Assembly: GCF_001194135.2 (NCBI RefSeq)
Contig: NC_068984.1
Location: forward strand, 59,733,699-59,797,698
Reading direction: 5' to 3'
DNA: 64,000 nt
Source of the DNA: Octopus bimaculoides
Lineage: Eukaryota
Numbering within the stretch: position 1 is the stretch's first letter; each line of letters starts with the position of its first letter. Under the pieces are notes generated by a model. The model ran no database searches. It was not told the origin of the DNA and was given only the letters and a program-made list of their open reading frames with translations. The position numbers were made by a program, and so were the translations under genes. Of the stretch, positions 41,497 through 52,770 are shown one piece after another.

Positions 41497-43060
41497 TTAA
41501 TATGTGTTTTTTTAACCTTGATATGAAAACAAATACTGTAATTAAATCAGCAGCCAGAAAAACTACCCCCAAATAACTGAATTAACAAAATTATTAATTT
41601 GAGATTTTGTTAAAGCATCATTAGGTTCAATTACTTTTTCTGCTGGTAGCTGAGAAAATGTTGTAAGCACTACTTTATGAAAAATGTAAGCACCACTAAG
41701 ATAGGTCTAAACTTATTTACTTAGTGGTACAACATTGACTAACCAAATACCTAAGAGTAATAAGATTTCTTTCTGTATGTTTTAAGTTCAAATCCAGTGG
41801 AGGGGTGAAATTCAGTATGATAGCTATCAATCATGAACTTAAATTGATTTAAGTGAATATACACCTCATCCAAAATTTATGGCCTTGTTTAACCATGAAA
41901 AGTCACTATTATATATAGTGATTTTTTAATTTTATAAAGTGAAGAGGATATAGTCAATTGAATTGATTCTAGGATTATTTCTGGTGCTTATTTTATCAGG
42001 CCTGGAAAAATGAGAAACAAAGTCAATTCCTATAGGATTTGAACAAAGAACAAAATTAAACAGTGTGATACATACAGTCTACAATTCAATTGTTTGTTAA
42101 AATATTGCATTACAATAGTATATAAATATCATCATCAGCATTTTGAGTCAAACAGAATTAGTTGAGGTATATTTCCCTACAGCTGGATGCCTTTCCTGTT
42201 GCTAACCTTCACCTGTTTCTGAGCAAAGCAATATTTTCCCATGGCTAGATATGTATGCATGGAAGATTGGAAACAAATGAAACCATTTGTGTGATTAGTG
42301 ATGCTCATTTACAACTGTTGTGTGATGCCCAGACAAGAAGACACACACGTGTATACACATAGTAGGCTTCTTCCAGTTTCTATCCATCAAATTCACTCAT
42401 GAGGCTATAGTAGTCCAAGGTGCCTAAGCAAACCAAAGCCTTATGAATGAATTTGGTGGACAGAAAGTGAAAGAAGCTCATTGTATTAAAAATGATGATG
42501 ATGATGATATCTATACCCAAAATTGGATTGAAATTGAAACCATGTGGCTGGGAAGTAAGCTTAACTATACAGCCATGCTTCCACTTATAATCTCATCTAC
42601 ACTTAACAAGACACATTGGTTATAAGGAAATAGTAGTTAACTAATAAATTTGCTTAACCAAGAAATCTGAAATATTCTGAACAAAAGTGCAGTAAAAGTA
42701 GAGCTAAAAAAAAAAGAGAGAAAAAATACAAAATTCTTGTGATTTCTTCTGCTAATATTAGCACATTAGATTTAATATCAGACTTTTTTCATAAGAATTA
42801 GCTGTAGTTATGAGGTTACATTTTTGGGGAAGGTAAATTTTATTACCTCGGATAATCACAAATAGTATACTATACTGAAATTAATCATCGCAATTTTCTG
42901 CAGTCAGTTCTCAATGCTAACATAGTTGAAATAGGTATGTGAGCAGGACTAGCACACAAGCCACATACGTTTAGATGTTTACATCAACCAAATTTGAATT
43001 AATGGGGGTCAAAGTTATAACTAACCACTATGCCAGCAAATGTATATCTTGTACATTTAC

Positions 43061-43139
43061 TTGCTGATTCTTTCGCCACAATTTTGGCAAGTTAAGTGAA
43101 AGTTGTGTTTTGTAGATAAGTCCAGAATAAGATTGAAAA
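43061..43139 (-). CDS. Candidate coding exon (FNLILDLSTKHNFHLTCQNCGERIS)
   Basis: Acceptor aacttttgacAG, donor GTAAAT, 79 nt open in two frames. Confidence 0.27.
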
Positions 43140-45238
43140 CTGTCAAAAGTTATTAGAATTACTAAAATATTAGCGACTGATTGCTATTGCTTTCTCCTTA
43201 CAGCATATTTATTTCAAGTTAGCTTTTTAATACTCCAATGCATTGTTCATAAGCACAGAATAATTAAAAAACACAAAATAATTTAGATGCATATTATTTT
43301 ATGAAGCATGTTTCAAATTAATTTAATCTCAATATATCTGCTTGCTGCTGTTATGTAGCTCCAGATCAGCCATGACCAGAACATGAGCTTATAAGGATGT
43401 CTCTATGTGGTTGTTTGATCTGCTATACCTAGCAACCAAATCTACTTCAAGCTTCACCCTACTTTATTAAAAATACACATCTGGTTTTCAGTATTTCTGT
43501 TATGCCATTAGTTATTCCAAATTGTTCTTACTTCATTCTGGTAGTTACTAACCATCATTTAATCCAATAAAAGAGCTGTTGCATGGTTGCTCAGTGTAAG
43601 AGTAAACACAGCTAAGTCTTCTTCAAATCATATCCTACTGTCTTAAAGGAAAGAAAGATACATTAGATAATGTGGTCCTCAAGACATTATTTCTAAATAA
43701 AAAATTATTCCTTCCAATCACACCCTACTGCATTAGTAAAAAAGAAAAAGTTTGGATAATGAAGTACATAATTCACAGCATCTGGGTAAATGTCAGGGAT
43801 GGTCACAGCTGGAATGCCTTTCATCGTAGGTCAGCTCAATCAGTGCTGACTTGGGGGCAATATAACACCACCAACAATCAACCATTATTTGTTCAGCTAA
43901 TTCTAATAATTCATTCTAACCAACAAATCATCATAATTATTAATACCTACAAATCCAGTCTATTTCTTAAATTCTAAACCTATGCTTAGTGGCTCACATT
44001 TATTTCCTTTCCTTTCACATTACATATTCAGTTTTACAACTCAAACAAGAACAGTAAATTATAGTGATGCCTGATGTCTTTTTTTCTCCTCTCTCTAACT
44101 GTTACAAACCTTTCATCCTTATAGTAAATTTTCAATGCACAGCTAAAAAGACTAAGCATATAGTTATAACTAGGAACCACTTAACTAAACAGATTTAATG
44201 TATCTATTATAATGGCTTCCAACTAGCATTAAACCACACCTTACATAAAGCTTACTGGTTATACAGTTGCATCTATCATGATATGTATCAATAACATTAA
44301 ATTTATGCTGCATTGTATTTTAAAACATAATCTTCTTATGATCACAACAATGCTGTGAAGAAACTTGTAAATGCTAACAAAGATGAACTAATGTCCATTT
44401 CTAACTGAGATATTGCATGAATAGCAGATGCAATTTTTAATACATGATGTATTTAAGTTCTTGTGTGGGTCTGTTACAAAAGGAAAAAGTACATTAAAAG
44501 TACATGACCTTAATATTTGCAACAGTGTGTCCTCTGCTAAGAAACACCCAAGAGTCACAGTGAGATGTTATACCAGGAAACAGATTAAGTTGAGTCAACT
44601 ACCCAAGTCTAGGTACAGTTTGATGGGCTTCTGCTTAGTTTCCCCTTTTGCTCACAAATTTTAGGCCAACCTAAGGATATGGTAGAAGTCATTTGCTCAA
44701 AGCACCATACAGCGTGCTTGAATCCAGAATCATGTGATTGCTAAGTGAACTTTTTAACCATGTACCCATAACTGCACCTGTAAAGAAGCTTCTTAAGGCT
44801 CTGATCAGAAGACATCTCATGATAACCAAAATGCCATTGCATCATAATAATGAAATTACTCCTTCAAGAAAAATGCTTACTGACAAACAATTATAAAATC
44901 CCTCCTAAAGCTTACATTTTATAATTGTTAATTTTTGGCCTACAGTATTAGATGTAATAGCTAGTTTAAATGAATTTTTTTAACACATCTTTTTGGAAAA
45001 TGATGCACATGCTACATAACTAAATCCCAGTTAGTTACAAACATTAATTTGAAGGTTTTCACTTTCAGAATATTGAAAATACTCAGAGAAAATATATCAA
45101 TTTTACTATAGATGACAGAGACATCATTATTTCTGATGTCAATAGTAATAAAAATGAAACAGAAAAGTAAGAAATGTAAATAAATAAAGCCATTCAATAC
45201 CATTCAGAGCTTACACAAAAATAAGATAGAGACAAATT

Positions 45239-45281
<43 letters not shown>

Positions 45282-46249
45282 GTAGTGTTCACAGTAGTGA
45301 AATCATACCACTGGTCAGCTAGCTACTTATGTATAGATTATTTTCAACTATCCTGCATGGTTAGTTTGCCCAATATTTATGTGAAGTAAATTTTCAGTGG
45401 TTTATGGGACATTAAAATTCTGAGGCTTTGTTTTCTTGTATGCATCTATATTCATGCTGCTTATTTCTTGTTATATTTCACTATTCATATTGTTTGAAAG
45501 AAACGATTTTCTTCTTAAACAAACAAAAATATTCTTACAGTATCCTAAACAGCATTCATATTTATCGCCAAGATTTTATAGAAATTTTGATAAAATTGAG
45601 AGAATGGTGTTTATTCATGAGAACTGTTTATTTAAAAATGCCTTTGATAGCTAGATGCACAAGAGGCTAAAAAGAGGTAAGTCAGCATATTATGTAATTT
45701 CAGGTTACGGGACTGCAAGGAAAAATAAGTTATAAAACTTCTAAGCTTAAAAAGGTGTTTCTGACTTACTACACAACTGATCAAAAACATCTGTTACATA
45801 ATAGTTCTTTTTTAACTTGAAAGAAGAAATAAGAGAATAAATACTTCTTTTCACTAGATATATTTTTTTTCTTTTTATGATTATTAGGACAAGTTTACAC
45901 AACAGAATAACCCTTCATCATTGCTTTCCCTACAGCCATCTCCAGGAAAATGAAGTCTTTGACAAGAGACCTCACAAGACATTTTCTCCCTTTTTTTCTT
46001 TTACTTCTGCCCCATTTCTTCATTTAACATGTGACGCTTCTATTTTTGAAAAATTATTATTTGAGTTTACCATATTAAAATATCTAGCACCAATTAATTC
46101 AGTGCTAATAGTAATACTTATACAGCTGTTATTAATTATTTTTCATTAATTCAAAATACTTCATCTCTTATATTATCCATTCTCATTACATATACATGAG
46201 ATCATTGCATTTTTTTCTTTTCTTTTATAAAATAAATTACCATAAGCAC

Positions 46250-46585
46250 ACGTGTGGTTGCATGGTAAAAACGTTTGCTTCCTAACCACATGTTTTCAGC
46301 TTCAATCCCACTGCATGGCACCTTGGGCAAGTGTCTCCCCTCAGGCTGACCAAAGTCTTGTGAGTGGATTTGGTCAATAAAAACTGAAAGAAGTCTGTTG
46401 TATTTATGAGTGTGTGTTTGTGTTTGTCTCCTGTAACTTAGTGGTTTGGTAAAAAAGACGAATAGCATAAGTACCAAACTTTAAAAAAAATAAGTACTGG
46501 GAGTGATTTGCACAACTAAACCCTTCAAGGTGACGCTCCAGCATGGCTGCAATCTGATGACTGAAACAAATAAATAATAAAAGAT
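46250..46585 (+). mobile_element. tRNA-headed SINE-like element (family A)
   Basis: Same head, body and tail as 22030 and 36919. Confidence 0.78.
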
Positions 46586-47084
46586 ATGTTGAATCATGAG
46601 AATCCAATATATTCTTTCAATTAATACAATGTACATCTGCTCATCTCATTCTGGTCCAGCATTTATAAAACCTTATGTTAGAGTTCATTAAACTAATGTG
46701 CTATATCACTGGTATGTATCCAATCATTTGGCAGATTGCTTTTATGTTGACAAGCTTTCAAAACAATGCAAACATTCATATTTTATGCATTGCATTATTT
46801 TGATTGTTATGTCAACTTCAAATACATTAAGATAGACAACATCTAAATAGTTATATTTCTGTTAAGTAAATTAGGAAAGACAAGGGCTAAGTTACATGAC
46901 TACAGAAGTTAAACTTCCAACACTCATTGTTTTTTATATGCACACATACATAATGCCCACCACCACAAAAAAAAAAAAAAATATCCTTCCAACATAGTCA
47001 CACTCCTCCAAAAACATATATGCAGAGAAACCCTGCAATTTTTGAATATTATAAGAGGAGCAGTGCTCACCACCACTTTAGTAC

Positions 47085-47215
47085 CTCCAAGAATGGTGAC
47101 TGAGATTGATGCTGATTGCAACTGATATCCAGCCAGAACATCTCCAGGAAAAATGTGAATGAGAAAGGCTTGATATGAATGCTTGCAAAAAAGTTGACTA
47201 TTAAAAGCAGTGGTG
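47085..47215 (-). CDS. Candidate coding exon (TTAFNSQLFCKHSYQAFLIHIFPGDVLAGYQLQSASISVTILG)
   Basis: Acceptor gtcattcttttttAG; lies within a 108-codon open frame; donors GTACTA (exon end 47085) or GTGAGC (47071). Confidence 0.33.
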
Positions 47216-48406
47216 CTAAAAAAGAATGACATATTAAGCCTATCACCCAAAATCTATGTTCACCATAAGGTGCTATATTTTATATGTGTGTGTGTGTGTT
47301 TGTATCTCACCTTTCTATCAGGAGGTACAAGCACTTACACACAAACATGTATACACACAACAATAACTTCTAACCACGAAATTCAATCACTAGGCTTTGA
47401 TCAGCTTAAGGTTATAGCAGAAGACACTTGGCCAAGGTGCCACACAATGTGATTGAACCCAAAAACCATGTGATTGAGAAGCATGTTTCCTAACCACACA
47501 GCCATGCCTGTGCCTACCAGACACACACGTACAAACACAAGTATATGAAGCATGGCTGAATGGTTAAGAAATTTGCTTCCCAATTACTCGGTTTTAGGTT
47601 CATTCCAAATGTGTGGCATCTTGAGTAAGTGTCTTTTACTAGAGCCTTGGTTTAACCGAGGCCTTGTAAGTGAAACTGGGTACCAGAAACTGTATGAAAG
47701 CATATTAGATGGATTGTATCTGTAATTTAAAGGTTCAGGCTTGTCACACTGATTCTATCTGAGAATTACATTAAAAATACATGCAAAATGTTCAGCCACA
47801 TACACACTAATTCCATGAACAAATGAATAACTCATCATTAAAGGGGAAAAAGATTCTTGTAGACATACATGTGTTTGGACTGTGATAAAATTCATTAACT
47901 TTTACATCAGGTACTAATGTTTCAACGTTTGTTATCCCTCTAAAACAAAACTATGGCATCTTATGATGAATGACAAAACAACTTTTATGAAACAGAAAAC
48001 TTCATGTAGATTGATCTCCATCTGTACAAGAAATGCACAAAAGACAACAAAGAATAATATAGGGAAATGCAACATTTCTGTTTTATAAGTCTAAGATGCA
48101 AGGAGAAGAACCATAAAATAAAATGGTTGTCTTACATTCAATGTTTAGCTTGGATTGTTAAGTTCAGATAACACCGAAAAGTTGTGGACAATCCGACATT
48201 GCTTGTACAGCTAAGGATGTCAACACATTCACCCCTGTCAATAATTGAATACTGGTGCAGCAGGGCAAAGTAAGACTGAAGCCTGCCAATAGTTGACTTG
48301 ACTTTATTATTCTTTACATTTAATACAGATAAGTACACGTTATATACTGAGGTTGAGTCAATCAACTAGTACCACTCCTTTCCAACAAATTTGGGGTCTA
48401 GTGCCC

Positions 48407-48523
48407 ACGTGATTTGAGATTCAGTCCCACTGTGTGGTACCTTGGGTATGTGTCTCCTACTATAGCCTTGGGCTGACCAAAGCCTTGTGAGTGGATTTAG
48501 TAGACGAAAACTGAAAGAAGCCC

Positions 48524-48564
<41 letters not shown>

Positions 48565-48755
48565 CCCCAATACTGCTTGACAATTGGTATTGATGTGCTA
48601 ATATCTCCATAACTTTGCGGTTTGGCAAAAGGGACCGACAGAATAAGTACCAGGCTTTAAAAAACAGTAAGTACTGGGTTCAATTCGTTCAACTAAAAAA
48701 TTCAAGGTGGTGCCCCAACATGGCCGCAGTCTGAAGACTGAAACAAGAAAAAGAG
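48407..48755 (+). mobile_element. SINE-like element (family A, 5'-truncated head) with (TG)n
   Basis: ttcagtcccactgtgtggtaccttggg...ccaaagccttgtgagtggatt...gtggtgccccaacatggccgcagtc. Confidence 0.78.
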
Positions 48756-48842
48756 AAAAAGAAATACATATATCCATTATCTTTTTTTTTCTTTTTTACA
48801 AATTTGTAGCTTTGTGATAAAATAAGAAATACAGAGATTATT

Positions 48843-48870
<28 letters not shown>
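48843..48870. repeat. (CAG)9 microsatellite
   Basis: Pure CAG run with no supporting ORF. Confidence 0.9.
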
Positions 48871-48874
<4 letters not shown>

Positions 48875-49548
48875 AGGGTTACAATGGTGGTATTGATGGC
48901 AACAGCAAAATCCACAGAACAATCATTTGTCAATTTATTCACAACTCAAGAGCTAAGCATTTAATTCCTCATTTATTTAGGTGGGTTTTTAGGTGGACTG
49001 ATATGGAACTGGCATTTCAAGTACTTTAAATAAACAAAGAGTGCAATAAGTGCAGCTTTGACCCCTCAGTGATGATTCATTTTAAAGGAGCTAACAAGTT
49101 TTATTAAATAAGACAAGCTAATCAATGCTGGCTGGCTGGCTAGATGGCAAGGGAGCCAATAATAGCATTGTGGTGGCATATGGTCATTCAGTCATAATGG
49201 CTGGGGGAGAGGTTTTGACGATTTTCTCCCCCCACCCATTAATAAAAAAGGAATTAATTTTTTACATAAGGGATAGCTAGTGATGCATAAATGTCACATG
49301 TTGTCTGGTGTGTGGCAAAGGGCAGACAATAAACATCTGGTGAGCTAAATCTGAATTCCAAATTTAATTAGGTTACAACTATTTCACCTACTCTGCAATA
49401 TCATTCGAGAAAGCATGAACATCACAACTCACATTCCACCACCTCCTCAAATTAATAGGAATAGGGTTCTATATTTAAGAAATGAGGAATTATGTACATT
49501 ATTTACATTATTTACAATTGACGGATATTTATCCTCATCTTGTTTGTT

Positions 49549-49595
49549 AACACAGCGTTTCGGCTGATATAACCCTCCAGCCTTCATCAGGTGTC
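49549..49595 (-). ncRNA. Minimal type I hammerhead ribozyme motif (cleavage triplet mutated to GCU)
   Basis: GACAC-CUGAUGA-A-GGCUG(GAGGGUUAUAU)CAGCC-GAAA-C-GCU-GUGUU. Core, 5-bp stem II and stem I (GACAC/GUGUU) are present. Confidence 0.7.
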
Positions 49596-49887
49596 TTGGG
49601 GAAATTTCAAACCTGGGTTCTCATTCCTAAGGTTTTTTGGGGATTGTTGTTGTTATTATTATTATTATTATTATTCAGGTCACTGCTTGGAATCAAACTC
49701 GGAATCTTGTGATTATTAGCCTGCGCTATTAACCACTACGCCACGGGCATATGGCATAGTGGTTAAGAGCGCAGGCTACTAACCCCAAGATTTCAAGTTC
49801 AATTCCAGGTAGTGACCTGAATAATAATAATAATAACAACAACATTGAAAAGTATCTTAGGAATGAGTACCTTCGAAATTTCCCCAT

Positions 49888-49933
49888 GACAGCTGATGAA
49901 GGCTGGAGGGTATATCAGCTGAAATGTTGTGTT
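49888..49933 (+). ncRNA. Minimal type I hammerhead ribozyme motif (CpG-decayed)
   Basis: GACAG-CUGAUGA-A-GGCUG(GAGGGUAUAU)CAGCU-GAAA-U-GUU-GUGUU. Core intact, GUU triplet retained, wobbles in stems II and III, mismatch in stem I. Confidence 0.65.
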
Positions 49934-50039
49934 AACAACAAACAAGATAAGGACAAATATCCATCAATTGTAAATACTGTAATAGGAATAGGGCTGAAAA
50001 CTTCCTAACAATAAAGTTAAAAAAAAAACAAATCAAAGT

Positions 50040-50390
50040 CATAGCTCTGTGGTCAGAAGCTGGCTTTCCAACCCATGATCCCAGGTTCAGCCTCAGGCTG
50101 ACTAAAACCTTGTGAGTGGATTTGGTTGACTGAAACTGAAAAAAAGTCCATCATACGTATGTGTATGTGAGTCTCTATGTGTTTGTCCCCCACCACTACT
50201 TGACAATTGATGGTGGTATGTTTACATCCCCGTAACTTAGCAGTTCGGCAAAAGAGACTAATAGATAGAATAAGTACCAGTACTTTAAAAAAAGTAAGTA
50301 CTGGGGTTGATTCATTTGACTAAAAATTTTTCAAGATGGTGCCCCAGCATGGCCACAGTCTTATGACTGAAAAAAGGAAAAGAAAAGAAA
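50040..50390 (+). mobile_element. tRNA-headed SINE-like element (family A)
   Basis: Same body and tail as the other family A copies. Confidence 0.75.
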
Positions 50391-52589
50391 GTGAATCAAT
50401 TAATGAACATTAATGTGAGGGCTGCATAAATATTTATCGTTTGTAGACATGCTGTGTAGCAGTGAAAAACACTCAGTAGAGACATTGAGTGGGTAGAGAA
50501 AAATTAGTTGAATATTCTGCATATCAAATAGGCAATATAATGATTTCTTCTTTTTCTTTTATAATTGTTAGCTTGCTGTATATGGAAAAACATTGTCATA
50601 GTATAAACACACGAAGAGAAAGAATGACTCACAGTCATACTGAATAAAATGTCATGTCAGTGACTGATTGATGGCAGCTAATGAAAAGCAGAACCAAAGA
50701 AAGAAAGTGGTGAATGAATAGTGTAATCCCTATAATAGAACTGTTTTAGAACTGCCAAACACCTCATCAGGTTTGCACCATAAATCCTCAATCAATACAA
50801 AACTATTAAACTACCAAACTACTGGTACAAAACCATTAAATTACCAAACTACTAAGTTGAATGCTGTAACTACCTGCCTCCAAAAAAACGCTAATTAATT
50901 TGATTCTATAAACCAGTCATGAGCAAACTGCAGCCTGCAAGACTTTCTGAATGGCATGTCTAAAAAAAATTACCTTGAATTTTTATAACAGTAAGGCCCG
51001 ACTGATGATGTCCACTTCTTGAAAAAGGTTGTCTATGCCTGTTGTAAACCATGCAACAACTAACCATTCTGTCACTGTAAACCATCAAATTACCCATTAG
51101 TTTAGTATTATAAACCATTATGCAACTAATCAATTTACAATTAATTTGGCAATTTACTACTGAGATGATCTCTCTTTGTATTTATTTCCAACCAAAACTG
51201 CTATCAGTTTGTTGTAGTTTAGTTCCCAAGTGATCCCTGATTAGAAAGATATATAATCTAAGACATTCCAAGCATGCTTTTGGACAAGCCAACAATAGCC
51301 TCGATGGAATCACTCAACCTCCTGAAAAATAAAGTTTACTTGAATAATATCTTAGTCTTAAATCAAAATAGACACATTGAACAATGTAATTCAAAAAGAC
51401 AGCATGGTCCCAACAAGAATACCTTTGACTAATTGATCTATTCAATCCAGACTAATCTGAGGCTAAGTAACAATAAAAATAACATATGCTTTGAATGCAA
51501 CAGAACATATGACCCTTCATTAATGAGTAATGTTCCAGCATGTTTTTTTATCTTTTTTTGCTGCCACAAAGAATTTTTAATGAAGGTCTGAAAGTTCAAT
51601 TCCAGCCCGAGACAAAAAAGTATAAGACTGAAGGTTTGAAAATGTTTAACTCAATATTAAAATGAAGGAAGTTAGACTTCTTCAATTCATGTTAGAATGA
51701 AAAAAAAATTAAAATTGAAGAATCATGATGAATGTAGACACTGTTGACTTGACAATTATCAATTGAAACTAAATTTAATAAAATAGCACCCAAATGAACT
51801 AAATCTAGTCAACCTTGGTAACTGGAAAATCACCCCAAAAAGTACAAGTTAATGTTTGCATTTTTTTTTTCAACATATGTATACTAAGATGTTAAAACCT
51901 TACAAGACTAACCACTGTTTCAACAGAAGGGAACCAAAATGTTCTAGAAAGATTCTAAAGTAATTTTTTTTAATTTCAGAGAATAAACCCATTGCACGGG
52001 CCATTTTAAAGAAAACTCACTTTGCTTTGTACATTAGAAAATTCATAAGAAGTAAACAAAATAGATTAAATATATACAATATATGTTAATAGATATAAGA
52101 GGAACTGCATAAACATAAAACATGATATGCTTCTTCAGTCTGCCAACAAAACATTGGATATATTCCAGATAAAAGAAACATATAGCGCAAAGAACTCTTT
52201 CTGAGATCATTATAAGCTACAGTCTTTGTGCTATTATGAGTATCTATATTCGCAATGATTATACCTGCTGTTTTGAGGGACTCTTTTGATGCATCTCAGT
52301 CAGCACCAACTCTACAGTACACCATGTGTAAAATGATTTATTATCTATAAGCATTCTTTCACATAGAGATTATTTATATTGTTCTCAACCCCACCCACTA
52401 ACAAGCAATTCAGATTCAACATTATATTCATACAGATACACACGCATACACACGATCAACTGCATCAAAGAAAAGACTGTGAATCAGACTGCGTCTGAAA
52501 AATTGCTGTGTCAAAATGACTCTATCCATTGCCATAGCTTTCAGCTGACTCATCTTTCTTTCACTACTTCACAATAATCCAGAGATGAA

Positions 52590-52770
52590 ATCTGTTTGCT
52601 GGACCTGCTAGAAATAACAGCCAAATTTCCCTCAAATTACAACCTATTATCTTAAAGTGTGCATCAGATAATATAGTCCATGATATACAAAAAGTGGCAT
52701 AGTCTCAGCTGGAAACACCTTTGGCCACAGGTCAGCTCAATCAAAGCTGACCTGAGGTTATATCAACATT
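52590..52770 (+). mobile_element. Interspersed repeat (family D)
   Basis: gacctgctagaaataacagccaaatttccctcaaat...gctgacctgagg. Related copies near 22840-22990, 29100-29260, 37540-37700, 38400-38630 and 43590-43870; reverse copies near 6290-6400 and 29500-29720. Confidence 0.6.

Larger units (their letters stand above)
49467..49979. mobile_element. Head-to-head dimer of a tRNA-headed SINE-like element (family H), flanked by a 14-bp direct repeat
   Basis: Left arm (49467-~49748, minus) and right arm (~49751-49979, plus) are diverged reverse complements. Heads have A-box TGGCRTAGTGG and B-box-like GTTYRATTCC. TAATAGGAATAGGG lies at both 49453-49466 and 49980-49993. Confidence 0.88.

Noticed and set aside
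48138-48365. 75-aa minus-strand ORF as an exon
   Set aside because: All frames stop before the GTAAGA donor.
49751-49825. Possible tRNA gene
   Set aside because: A/B boxes are present but there is no proper acceptor stem, and it continues into a repeat body. It is a SINE head.
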